From contig JAWAKK010000001.1 of the NCBI GenBank assembly GCA_038887515.1, positions 480,001 through 544,000 of the forward strand: a stretch of DNA of 64,000 bases. The letters are read 5' to 3'. Shown piece by piece: positions 41,644-51,040 of the stretch. The notes beneath the pieces are model-generated. The model worked only from the letters and a program-made list of their open reading frames with translations. It did not search any database and was not told the origin of the DNA. Source of the stretch: Candidatus Nezhaarchaeales archaeon (GTDB taxonomy: Archaea > Thermoproteota > Methanomethylicia > Nezhaarchaeales > WYZ-LMO8). How positions within the stretch are numbered: the stretch's first letter is position 1; each line of letters opens with the position of its first letter. A program made the translations under genes and the position numbers.

Positions 41644-42645
41644 CTAGACCTTGCTGTATGGGCAGACCTTTATACAAGTGGTACATATCGACGAGTTTTC
41701 GCACCAAAATAGGTAACATTTTTCAACGTCTACATACCATTTGAGCGCTCCAGGATTATTGGATTTACATTTGATCTCGTAGCTGGGCTCGTCATCCATC
41801 GATATCGCATCGGCTTCGCATTCCCTAGCACACTTCTTACACTTCTTGCAGAATTCTCTTACACCGAATTCTATAGGCCTATCGGACTCTAGAGGCATGT
41901 CAGTAAATACCTTGCATAGCTGAACCCTCGGACCGTACTCAGGTGTTACCAGTAAGCCGTTCCTACCTAGTTCTCCAAGACCTGCGTCTATTGCTAGAGG
42001 TATGTTTAAAGCTATGTCGTTTATTGACGGTATTGCCTTGAAGCCTAAGTTTTGAATAAACTTACTTAGGGTCGCGACGAGACAAGTCATCTTAGAGAAG
42101 CCTATACCAGTCGCGGCGGCCGATAATGCTGAAGGTGAAAGCTTAACTAGTTCAGGGATCATCTCGACAGCCATAACAACGACGTATTCATAATCGCCTG
42201 GAAGCTCAACGTCAGCGTAGAGCCAGTCTCTATTAAGCTTGCATACGCCTACAAGCGATGCTCCAAATATCTTAGCGGCCTTTTTAACGTAGGACGTAAG
42301 TGCTCTACTATCTTTCATTTCCTTGATTACGCGATCCTTTACTTCGTCCCACAGGACCCTTGTGGCTTCGGGCGACGGTTCATAATTTATCTCTCGCCCT
42401 CCTTTAAGGGCTTTAAAGAGGTACATTGAGGCGTCGAAAAGTGAAAAATCCAACGCTCCATAACCCGACCTTCCTTGAGCCATAACGTCAAGCATCCTTT
42501 CATTATATTTCCTCCCATAACCTTGCCACGAAGTATCCCATGCGACCCTCCTTGAAACCGTGTTCTTGCTATCAAAGCGACGCAGCTTGTTTTTATCGAC
42601 TACGTATGGCGGTTTATCGACGTCCCTAACTAGGGTAGGAACCAT
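41644..42645 (-). CDS. Reductive dehalogenase-like cobalamin/2x[4Fe-4S] protein, no Tat signal
   Basis: VKKAAKIFGASLVG, LAIDAGLGELGRNGLLVTPEYGP, FCKKCKKCAREC, C..FW...CTTCIKVCP. Confidence 0.85.
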   Translation of the reverse strand: MVPTLVRDVDKPPYVVDKNKLRRFDSKNTVSRRVAWDTSWQGYGRKYNERMLDVMAQGRSGYGALDFSLFDASMYLFKALKGGREINYEPSPEATRVLWDEVKDRVIKEMKDSRALTSYVKKAAKIFGASLVGVCKLNRDWLYADVELPGDYEYVVVMAVEMIPELVKLSPSALSAAATGIGFSKMTCLVATLSKFIQNLGFKAIPSINDIALNIPLAIDAGLGELGRNGLLVTPEYGPRVQLCKVFTDMPLESDRPIEFGVREFCKKCKKCARECEADAISMDDEPSYEIKCKSNNPGALKWYVDVEKCYLFWCENSSICTTCIKVCPYSKV

Positions 42646-42684
42646 GGCATAGACTTTATAGATCCTCCCTTATTTAAGGAGTAG

Positions 42685-43992
42685 GTGCACATTCTATATT
42701 GCGCGAAAGCGTTAAACTGCACAAGGATATATGCTGTAAAGGCGACGTATTTGAGAGAAGCCCCACTAAGCATTGATGATAAGGATGCTCAAATCAACTT
42801 CAATAAGCGAAGATATCTCTTCATCCTTCTGCTTACGACTAGCTTCCTTTACTTCTCATTTATAGCTAGGTTCGGCTATGGCGTCCTCGTGCCAAGGTTA
42901 ATAGACGATTTAGGGTTTAGTAGAGCTGAGGCAGGCTCGATATTCTCGATTTATATGATCGTGTACTCGATATTCTCCGTCATTACCGGAAGGGTCTTTG
43001 ACAGGCTGGGTATTAGAGTTGTAACTGTTCTAAGCTTTATTTACGGATTCGGCATGGTGCTTGCAAGCTTTTCTACGAGTTTCCTAACATTAGCCGTAGC
43101 GTTTGCGATAGCGGGGCTAGGAGCCTCATCATCTTGGACTCCGATGGTAGCCCTAGTGTCTTCGAACCTTCCGAAGTCTTGGAGGGGTAGGAGCATAGGG
43201 TTGTTAGAGGTTGGAATAAGAATTTCGCATGGTACCGCTGGGCTCTTAATCCCTACAATAGCCCTCACAGTCGGTTGGAGAACTACATGGTGGATCCTTG
43301 CTTTACCCCTCTTCGTTTATGGGCTGGTCTTCTACAAGGTTTCAAGTAAAAATCTGTTACAAAAAAATGCGAATAGGAGCGAGAACCTCGTCAGCTATAG
43401 AGCTCTACTTGCATCAAAGAAATTCTGGCCCATAGGACTCTCTTATTCGTTCATGTCGTTTGCGAGCTACATAATATTGACCTTTCTCGTAGACTTCTTG
43501 GAGCGTGAAGTCAGGATGTCCTACATAGAGGCCTCTACGATGTCCAGCATAATGGGTTTTATCGGCATAGCCGGGGCCCTTATACTCACATGGGCTTCAG
43601 ATAGGGTGGGAAGGATAACGATTTTAGTATCAGGCAACGCCATTGCAGCAGTAAGTGCATTCATGATGTCATCCTTGCCGAGCAATACAAGCCCATCGAG
43701 CTCCACAATAATAATTATAATAATTATTTATGGGATTTTCTTTGGAGCTTTATGGCCTACATACGCTGCGTGCGCCGGAGACGTTTTCCCAAGCTCTGTT
43801 GGAACCGTTCTTGGCCTCTGGACCTTGATGATGGGTTTAAGCGCCCTAGCAGCGCCAATAATTGGTGGCTTTGTGGCTGACGCAACTGGAAGCTACATTA
43901 AGGCTTTACAGTTAAGCGTAATGGCTTACGTTATCGCAATGGCTTTAGTAACCACTTTAACCCTGAAAAGAGATAGAGTTAAGATTCTCTAA
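42685..43992 (+). CDS. MFS transporter (start uncertain)
   Basis: GRVFDRLG and SDRVGR motifs, about 12 TM. Confidence 0.88.
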   Translation: MHILYCAKALNCTRIYAVKATYLREAPLSIDDKDAQINFNKRRYLFILLLTTSFLYFSFIARFGYGVLVPRLIDDLGFSRAEAGSIFSIYMIVYSIFSVITGRVFDRLGIRVVTVLSFIYGFGMVLASFSTSFLTLAVAFAIAGLGASSSWTPMVALVSSNLPKSWRGRSIGLLEVGIRISHGTAGLLIPTIALTVGWRTTWWILALPLFVYGLVFYKVSSKNLLQKNANRSENLVSYRALLASKKFWPIGLSYSFMSFASYIILTFLVDFLEREVRMSYIEASTMSSIMGFIGIAGALILTWASDRVGRITILVSGNAIAAVSAFMMSSLPSNTSPSSSTIIIIIIIYGIFFGALWPTYAACAGDVFPSSVGTVLGLWTLMMGLSALAAPIIGGFVADATGSYIKALQLSVMAYVIAMALVTTLTLKRDRVKIL

Positions 43993-44012
43993 AAGGGACG
44001 TGCCCGCCCGCA

Positions 44013-44432
44013 TCACGCAACAGGCTCGTTCATCCTGTATACAAGGCCTTGACATACAGCAACCAAAGAGCCTTTAGAGTTCTTAACTACAATTCTGTAG
44101 AGAGCCGTAGTGTCTCCAAGGCTTTCTTCGAAGGCTTCCGCTATTATTGTTTCACCCGCCTTGACAGGCCTTCGATAGCTTACATTTAAGTTAAGGGCGA
44201 GAGCCTTCTTATTGCGCGAATTGCTTGCCGCTGCAAATGTTACATCAGCTAGCGATGCTATTAAGCCTCCGTGGGCTACTCCGTGAAAGTTCACCATATC
44301 GTCCCTAACAATTAATGAAGCCTTCGCGTAACCTTCTCTAAGCTCAAGAACTTCTATTCCTAGCAAGTTTGCATAAGGGTCTCGCCTGACTTTTTCACGT
44401 ATCTTCTCAAGCAGCTCTTCCCGCTCGCTCAA
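44013..44432 (-). CDS. paaI: PaaI-family hotdog-fold thioesterase
   Basis: DPYANLLGI, NFHGVAHGGLIASLAD. Confidence 0.88.
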   Translation of the reverse strand: MSEREELLEKIREKVRRDPYANLLGIEVLELREGYAKASLIVRDDMVNFHGVAHGGLIASLADVTFAAASNSRNKKALALNLNVSYRRPVKAGETIIAEAFEESLGDTTALYRIVVKNSKGSLVAVCQGLVYRMNEPVA

Positions 44433-44712
44433 GATTTAGGCACCAACGTAATTCAACTATGCTCTTATTTACGTAATTTCTACGTTAAAAAGTCAACTGC
44501 GTTAAGCTTGACAACATAACGATGCTCTGTTCGTGGACTTTTACGTGCTGGATATTAAGTCAAAGAAAGCTATGTGAGCGAGCTACTCATCAACCGGTAA
44601 AGAGGTACACTAAGAGACGTTAAAGCTTTAGAGCAATTCCATGAAAACCGTCTGTATCGACTGGAAACCTTGGTGCTAATATTAACTTAGCCAGCAACCT
44701 TAATTCCGAGAC

Positions 44713-44772
44713 GTGGAGCCCAAGTCGCTCGGTTACACGCCCATAAGCTCTGGCAACTTGAGTATCCTCCAC
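44713..44772 (-). other. Structured RNA hairpin candidate
   Basis: Minus strand GUGGAG-GAUA-CUCAAGUUGC-(24 nt)-GCGACUUGGG-CUCCAC. Two G-U pairs become mismatches on the plus strand. Confidence 0.4.
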
Positions 44773-44825
44773 TTTTGCTTGAAGCTATTTTAAGTAGTCT
44801 TAGCCCGACACATTTGTCCTTAGAA

Positions 44826-45218
44826 TTAAGTAGTCGTAGAGAGTTTCAAGGCCTTTTCTTCTAATTTCTCTACGTATCTCTTCTTGAAGCCTATGTATAT
44901 TCCTCCTACCTTGCCCCCAACCCAAGCATATGATTCCTCGCCTACGTTGAAGAGACCTTTAAGTACGGGGCTCTTTACAACCAAGTGCCACGACTTACCA
45001 TCAACTACAAACCCTATTTCAGTCCCCAAAATCTTTAAGAACCTACCGGTGTTAGGCCTCAGTAATTCGTTCATCCTTGGATGCTCTATGTCTAAATGAG
45101 TGACGCGCGCAAGAGAGTGACCTTTGAGGTGTATGTACACGTCCACATCATCTAAGGGCTCGCCATTGAGATACACATGAGCCTCTATTTTCAATTTACC
45201 TTCAGCAGGACCCGTCAA
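44826..45218 (-). CDS. Hypothetical protein
   Basis: Clean ORF with globular composition (ARVTHLDIEH, WVGGKVGGIYIGF). Confidence 0.7.
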   Translation of the reverse strand: MTGPAEGKLKIEAHVYLNGEPLDDVDVYIHLKGHSLARVTHLDIEHPRMNELLRPNTGRFLKILGTEIGFVVDGKSWHLVVKSPVLKGLFNVGEESYAWVGGKVGGIYIGFKKRYVEKLEEKALKLSTTT

Positions 45219-45411
45219 AGCGCTCTACACAACCTAGCAGTCTTGTAGATATGAAGTTTACTTAAAACGTATAATTAATCCTCGAAGCTTAAAGGTAGCT
45301 AAAGGGCTTTAAGCTGTAGAATTATTTTTAAGTACATGAATTCCACGAGCAATTGCATGCGCTTTTATACCTCCTCTTCCATATCATCTTAAGGCCGTTT
45401 AGGAGTTGTAG

Positions 45412-46173
45412 TTGATGAGCAAGAGGATAATAATTCAGCTCCCCATACATCCAATGTTCCTCGCGCTATTCCTTTTACTGGGTCTAATGCCTCTTTTATG
45501 GTTTTACTTAATACCAAGAGCCTTGGCCCAAGCGTTCCAACCTCTAGGTCTTAACCCGCTTTTAGGCTACATAGTCGCCTTATTGATGGTGTTCTTATCC
45601 ATAGTCTTTAGCGCGGTGAACATAGCCATAACCGAAGTTCCTAGGCAAGTTGTTGTGCCTGAAATAGATTACGTATGGTTCTTCGGTCTCCCTTACCCGA
45701 TTCCAAGACTTCGTCTCGTGGTCTCCAAGACTATAGTCGCCGTTAATGTCGGTGGCGCTCTTGTTCCTCTAACGCTATCCACGCTGATGTTAGCTTTATT
45801 TTCCATAAACGTAAAAGCCGTACCAGCAACATTAGCAACAGCATGTACAGTAGCGGTGGTAGCAACAGTATCTCATATAGCATCTAGAGTTATCCCAGGA
45901 GTTGGCATCGTAGTTCCAGCTTTAGTACCGCCCCTCGCCGCCTCCTTACCGACAATCCTCCTTTCCCACATATTAGAAGTGGTAGACCTTGGCCCTGCCA
46001 TAGCTTACATAGGGGCTGTTATCGGAACGCTCATAGGTGCAGATGTTGTAAATCTCGTTAAGCACTTCCATAAACTCCAGTCCCCACTGGTCAGCATTGG
46101 TGGTGCTGGTACATTTGACGGCATATACCTGAGCGGCATAGTGGCTTTGCTACTAACGTTTCTATTTACTTAG
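45412..46173 (+). CDS. DUF1614-like membrane protein
   Basis: IVAVNVGGALVP, GTLIGAD, SIGGAGTFDGI. Confidence 0.85.
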   Translation: MMSKRIIIQLPIHPMFLALFLLLGLMPLLWFYLIPRALAQAFQPLGLNPLLGYIVALLMVFLSIVFSAVNIAITEVPRQVVVPEIDYVWFFGLPYPIPRLRLVVSKTIVAVNVGGALVPLTLSTLMLALFSINVKAVPATLATACTVAVVATVSHIASRVIPGVGIVVPALVPPLAASLPTILLSHILEVVDLGPAIAYIGAVIGTLIGADVVNLVKHFHKLQSPLVSIGGAGTFDGIYLSGIVALLLTFLFT

Positions 46174-47610
46174 CTCAAGGTACTCCTCTCGTTTTACGTC
46201 AACCTCGCCTTGCATCAGCTTAAAGTTTATGCAACCAGGATCCGGGCCAGTTATGCAGTTAGTGTATGCATAAGCCCTAGCTCTACAGCCACCGCATACA
46301 TACTTGTACTGGCATTTCCCACAAGGCTCCTCGAATGATTCCCTATTCCTCAGCCTTAGGAGTATGGAGGATTTATTCCATAAATCCTCGAATCGCTCGC
46401 TCTTCAGGTTACCGACCTTGATGGGCATGAAAACGCAAGGCACTACATCTCCATTAGGCTCTATAGCCGAGTATATCCTGCCAGCACCGCAACCACCTAT
46501 GAACTCAGCCAATGCTAGAATCCCTGGATCGGCAGCTAGTGAAAAGTGGGTTGGCGCAACTACGCACCCAGAACTCTCCTGTAGTGAGACTCTTGCAAGC
46601 TGAGGAGCTGTCGATACCACCTCAAGCTTCCTACTCCTAGCAAGCTTGTATATAGTCTTGAGGGCCTCCTCCCTCTCTTCGGGTGTTAGATCCCAATCTG
46701 TAATGTCGACGCCCCTACCAGTAGGAATGAAATTAAAGAATATTACCCTATTTACTCCAAGATCCTCGCAGAAGTCTACCATATCCTCTACTTCATGGTG
46801 GTTCATCTTCGTTAGGGTCATGGCAACGCCGGTTGTAAGTCCTTCCTCTATACAGCTCTTTATACCCCTAACAGCCTTCTCCCATGCACCCGGGACCCCT
46901 CTAAAGTTATCGTGTCTCCTCGAATTTACAGAATCCAAGCTTACCTCGACATACTTAACACCCAACTCCTTCAGTTTACCAGCAAGCTCTCTCGTGATCA
47001 TGGTCCCATTAGTCGCTACGGAAACGTACATCCCCCTAGAAGCCGCCTCATGAGCCACAACGGGAAAATCTGGATGAATTAGAGGTTCGCCACCCGAAAA
47101 AGCTATTGCAGCTACGTCCGCTTCGTCGAGTTGATTTACAACCCCCATCTTCTCGCTCAACGTAAGTTCATCAGGTGAAGGCCTATCAGCCCTCTGATAG
47201 CAGTGCTTGCACTTCAAGTTGCACATGTTCGTAAAGTTCCATACTATTAAGAACGGGGCTGGTAACTTTTGGGGGACAGTAATACCATACTTAGCTATAC
47301 CCTTAAGGACGAGGGTCAGCCCCCTCCTTACTGAGGGATCCTTGGCGTAGTTTCTAAATACTTCGAAGTCGACATGCATCATCCTAGTCATGATCGATAT
47401 CAAAGACTTTAATGCCCATCCTTCAACCTTACATAAACTAAGTGGTATGCTAGCTTCGCCGACTACGTAATTTAAGGCATGCTCGAGCTTGCTTCTATGC
47501 CCATGAGGACACGGCGACACCATACGGTTTATGACAAAGCGAGAAAGCCTATTTCCAAGGACAAGCCTGATAGCGCTTATTAAGTTCTTGATGCTCAAAG
47601 CAATCGCCAT
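46162..47610 (-). CDS. Radical SAM/SPASM protein with N-terminal extension
   Basis: CNLKCKHC, FSGGEPL, GCGAGR, PCVF, CGKCQYKYVCGGCRARA. Confidence 0.9.
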   Translation of the reverse strand: MAIALSIKNLISAIRLVLGNRLSRFVINRMVSPCPHGHRSKLEHALNYVVGEASIPLSLCKVEGWALKSLISIMTRMMHVDFEVFRNYAKDPSVRRGLTLVLKGIAKYGITVPQKLPAPFLIVWNFTNMCNLKCKHCYQRADRPSPDELTLSEKMGVVNQLDEADVAAIAFSGGEPLIHPDFPVVAHEAASRGMYVSVATNGTMITRELAGKLKELGVKYVEVSLDSVNSRRHDNFRGVPGAWEKAVRGIKSCIEEGLTTGVAMTLTKMNHHEVEDMVDFCEDLGVNRVIFFNFIPTGRGVDITDWDLTPEEREEALKTIYKLARSRKLEVVSTAPQLARVSLQESSGCVVAPTHFSLAADPGILALAEFIGGCGAGRIYSAIEPNGDVVPCVFMPIKVGNLKSERFEDLWNKSSILLRLRNRESFEEPCGKCQYKYVCGGCRARAYAYTNCITGPDPGCINFKLMQGEVDVKREEYLELSK

Positions 47611-47722
47611 TAAAAAAGTTCAAGATCAAGCTAAAAATTTTGCTCTATTGTTCGCTCAGCTACGAATTGTCGCCGGAGATAAGTCGACCAACTGAAGTCG
47701 AATAAAATCTATGAAATATTAG

Positions 47723-48757
47723 CTACAGAACTTTAGATATGTCAACAATATCGTTAAGAAGGGCGTAGCCAGTGGCTCTGCCTCCAGCTCCAGGTCCTAT
47801 CACGGTTACTTCACCCAGCGAGTCTGTCTCAATTTTCAAGGCATTGAGGACTCCAGAGACTCCAGCCAACACGTCCGTTACTGGTATACGTGTTGGAGAG
47901 ACCTTTGCCACAACTTTACCGTTTTCTTTCTTTACTTCAGCTAAGAGTTTGATCTTGAAGCCCTCTCTCAGCGAGTCGAATACCTCCCTGCACGATATGC
48001 TTCTTATGTCCTCCCTTTCTACGTCTCTCAACTTTAGGTCGCCATCCATCAATACGTTGGCTAGTATTACGGATTTAATCGCTGCATCCCATCCATCGAC
48101 GTCCAATGTCGGATCGGCTTCCGCATAGCCGAGCTCTTGAGCCCTACGCAGAGCATCTTCGTAGCTCAGCCCTTTCTCCATCTCAGTCAGTATGAAGTTT
48201 GTGGTTCCATTCAATATGCCTACTACTCTATTCACATCAGCAGCCGCTAGGCACGACCACCTTAAGTTAAAGGTTGGTGTACCGCTTAGAACAGTCCCTT
48301 CAAACTTTAACTGAACCCCTTTCAGCTTAGCCAAGGTAGCCAGCTCCTTGTAGGCTAGAGCTATAGGGCCCTTGTTCGTTGTAGCTACGTGCTTCCCCAA
48401 ACTAAGGGCTTCCCTTATGTGGGTTATACCCGGTTCTCCTGTATTAATGTTAGTCCAAGTTACTTCGACTACTACGTTAGAAGGCGTCTCCCTGATAGCC
48501 TCGAGACTCGTAAGGCCTCTCTTAGCCGGTAAGTCGTATTCGTTTAAGGTTCTTCCACCATTAACGAGCTTTAACGCCTTTGAAATGTCTATTCCGTCCT
48601 CATTTACTATGGAGCCCCACTTCAGGTCGCATATGCCTACGGTTTTAACTTCAACGTCAAACTTCGACTTAAGTACTTCTCTCTTCTCTACGAGAAGTTC
48701 GGCAAGACCCCTTCCGACAACTCCAAAGCCCAAAAAAAGTATGTTTAACCTCTTCAT
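47723..48757 (-). CDS. hom: Homoserine dehydrogenase
   Basis: LGFGVVG, TTNKGP, GILNGTTNFIL, GYAEADP, GPGAGG. Confidence 0.95.
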   Translation of the reverse strand: MKRLNILFLGFGVVGRGLAELLVEKREVLKSKFDVEVKTVGICDLKWGSIVNEDGIDISKALKLVNGGRTLNEYDLPAKRGLTSLEAIRETPSNVVVEVTWTNINTGEPGITHIREALSLGKHVATTNKGPIALAYKELATLAKLKGVQLKFEGTVLSGTPTFNLRWSCLAAADVNRVVGILNGTTNFILTEMEKGLSYEDALRRAQELGYAEADPTLDVDGWDAAIKSVILANVLMDGDLKLRDVEREDIRSISCREVFDSLREGFKIKLLAEVKKENGKVVAKVSPTRIPVTDVLAGVSGVLNALKIETDSLGEVTVIGPGAGGRATGYALLNDIVDISKVL

Positions 48758-48894
48758 ATACTAGACACCTGAAGTTCTAAGTTGCTTACTTCCTAGGTAG
48801 ATTTCTTTCATCTTATTATAAGGTTTCTAGAGGTAGGAATGCTATAGCAACGTTTTTCTCGTTTATTAGCTAAAACCTATGTAGGTGCCATTAG

Positions 48895-49683
48895 TTGGTG
48901 GTTGTAAGTTCCAAGCTCATCTACACTAAAGTAAACGAGAGCCCTAGAGTTGCTAAGTTTTTTAAGCTTCTAGAATGTGACGTTGAAGTACAATCCTTAC
49001 TTAAGATGGCTAACATCATGGCAGTCACGAGGCTCTTTTACAACGACCACGGGTTAACGCACTCAAGAGTGGTATCTGGGTCAGCGTTAGAGGTCCTCGA
49101 CCTCTTGGTTAGGGGAGGTATTCAACCAACCATAGTAAGGGATGGTGAGGGAGATTTGGAGGACTCTAAGGTAGTCGTACTGGGCGGGGCTTACCTTCAT
49201 GACGTAGGTAACGCAGTCCATAGGGAGATGCACCATGTACATGGGACTTACGTGGCCGATAAAGTCTTAAGAAGGCTTCTATCGAAGCTCTACGCTACCG
49301 ATAAGCATAAAGCGATCTCCATAAGGCAGGAAATCCTTCACGCTATATTCTCCCACGATGAAGAAGTCGCCCCACTCACTATTGAAGCGGGGGTAGTCAA
49401 GGTTGCGGATGGAACCGATATGGCAGAAGGCAGGGCTAGGATACCCTATAAGCTTGGCAAGAGCGATATACATGGCTTCTCGGCCCTAGCGATCAAGAGG
49501 GTCGAGATAGATAAAGGCGAAGAGAGGCCTATCAAAATTATCGTGGACATGGAAAACGAGGCAGGAATATTCCAGATAGAGCAAGTGCTCGGTACTAAGA
49601 TTAAGAGTTCAGGTATAGCTCACTTAGTCGAAGTTCACGCATTAAGAAGAGGGGAATCACTAAAAGTTTGGAAGGCCACTTAA
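48895..49683 (+). CDS. HD-domain phosphohydrolase
   Basis: YNDHGLTH, YLHDVGNAVHR, SHD, VADGTDM. Confidence 0.88.
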   Translation: MVVVSSKLIYTKVNESPRVAKFFKLLECDVEVQSLLKMANIMAVTRLFYNDHGLTHSRVVSGSALEVLDLLVRGGIQPTIVRDGEGDLEDSKVVVLGGAYLHDVGNAVHREMHHVHGTYVADKVLRRLLSKLYATDKHKAISIRQEILHAIFSHDEEVAPLTIEAGVVKVADGTDMAEGRARIPYKLGKSDIHGFSALAIKRVEIDKGEERPIKIIVDMENEAGIFQIEQVLGTKIKSSGIAHLVEVHALRRGESLKVWKAT

Positions 49684-49713
49684 CATCGCGTGTCAGTATA
49701 GACCCTTAATAGA

Positions 49714-49780
49714 GGGGTCGGATGTCCCGGCCTAAACATCATCCTCTCGGCAAGGGGGACCAGGTTGATCGTCATCCCCC
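49714..49780 (-). ncRNA. Box C/D guide sRNA with variant boxes
   Basis: Minus strand: GGGGG-AUGACGA(C)-UCAACCUGGUCCCCCUUG-CCGA(D')-GAGG-AUGAUGU(C')-UUAGGCCGGGACAU-CCGA(D)-CCCC. G/C terminal stem. Confidence 0.65.
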
Positions 49781-50156
49781 AAGATTCTCTACGTAAACCC
49801 AGCAAGATAACCCTTTCCCTTCAAAATCTAGAAGCCCATATTAGGTTCTGGCTTAAGCGGCCAATGTTAAGCTATACTTGATGTAGTGGATAGCTGAAGC
49901 CGCTACATCGACAACTTGGTTAGTTCAAGTAAAGAAGCTCAAAAGTATACCATCAAATGCTGTTTAAGCCTATGGACTGGGGAATATTCTTCGCCGAGAT
50001 TTCTTACGACCAGTTAAGCGCCTTTAAACTTCATTTTATACTTACTTTATTCACATAGCGACTAATTAAGACTTTCAAGTAGAGACTTCAGGAAATTGAA
50101 AATATTTTTAAGCGGAAACCTAGATGTAGTAGCTATACGTCTCCTTGGAGTGATGA

Positions 50157-50456
50157 ATGATGCCAAAGATTGAAGACATAATAAACGAATTGGAATCTAA
50201 GGGGTTATCGACCTTAGAGGAGCTTAAGGAGGCCTACGCAAAAACGTATGCCCTTAAAACTATTGCTTTAACCGGAAAGACCCATCAAATATCTATGCCG
50301 GACGAAATGTTCTCGATGCTTAAAGACCTAACGAAGAAGCTTAAAAAGCTAGGTGTTAAGGGTAAGATTAACGTCAACGACCTAACGATGTTATTGGTGC
50401 TCATGGGTTATTCTAGGATAAGCAAGATCCTTAAAACAACTGAGGAGAGAGCGTAG
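50157..50456 (+). CDS. Small basic protein, possible ribbon-helix-helix
   Basis: RBS GGAGTGA. KTHQISMPDEMFSMLKDLTKK...NVNDLTMLLV gives a strand-helix-helix pattern. Confidence 0.6.
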   Translation: MMPKIEDIINELESKGLSTLEELKEAYAKTYALKTIALTGKTHQISMPDEMFSMLKDLTKKLKKLGVKGKINVNDLTMLLVLMGYSRISKILKTTEERA

Positions 50457-50458
50457 AA

Positions 50459-51040
50459 TTAAAGGTCTAACATTAAGCTCCTACTGCAGAGTCCATATAC
50501 GATTGCCTTGCTACCACGCATTTCAACTTTAAGCTTCTTCTTAGAAGGCCTTGAAGGCAACTTCCTTATTTCCTCGGCTATTAGTTTTATGGATATTTTT
50601 CTAGAGTATAGGAACCACAACCTCTTAAACCGCCCGAGCTTCTTCCTTGACTTTACGAGTTCGCGAAGGATGCTTACTTCATCCGTACATGCATAGCCCA
50701 TCTCTACTAACTTAAGGACCTCTCGAGAGACGTATGTCTTCCATCCCTTGTACTTTAAGGACTTGTCGTATTTGGATGCATAGGAGTAATATCTGTTGAC
50801 GAAGTCCCATATCTCGTAAAGAGACGCTCCTTGAACGAATTCGTCCGCTACAGCTCTAAAGACCATTTTATTGACGCGCTTTGGCGGTTTGTAAACCTTG
50901 ACGTCTATGCTCAATATGAAGCTATCATGTCCTTCATTTACGTAATTTCTTACTATAGCTCTCAGCTTCTCGAAGACTTCGTTTGGCTTATCGCAGAGCT
51001 TGAGGGTCTCGATGAGGTCGAGCTTGCGTTCGCTATGCAT
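50459..51040 (-). CDS. Hypothetical basic protein
   Basis: Overlaps the DegT stop by 8 nt; Lys/Arg-rich. Confidence 0.65.
   Translation of the reverse strand: MHSERKLDLIETLKLCDKPNEVFEKLRAIVRNYVNEGHDSFILSIDVKVYKPPKRVNKMVFRAVADEFVQGASLYEIWDFVNRYYSYASKYDKSLKYKGWKTYVSREVLKLVEMGYACTDEVSILRELVKSRKKLGRFKRLWFLYSRKISIKLIAEEIRKLPSRPSKKKLKVEMRGSKAIVYGLCSRSLMLDL

Noticed and set aside
46162-47610. Radical SAM/SPASM as a RiPP maturase with adjacent precursor
   Set aside because: No short precursor ORF, RRE partner, peptidase or exporter is adjacent.
49880-49910. Hairpin GATGTAGTGG...CCGCTACATC
   Set aside because: An isolated 10-bp stem with no further features; not enough to call a terminator or ncRNA.
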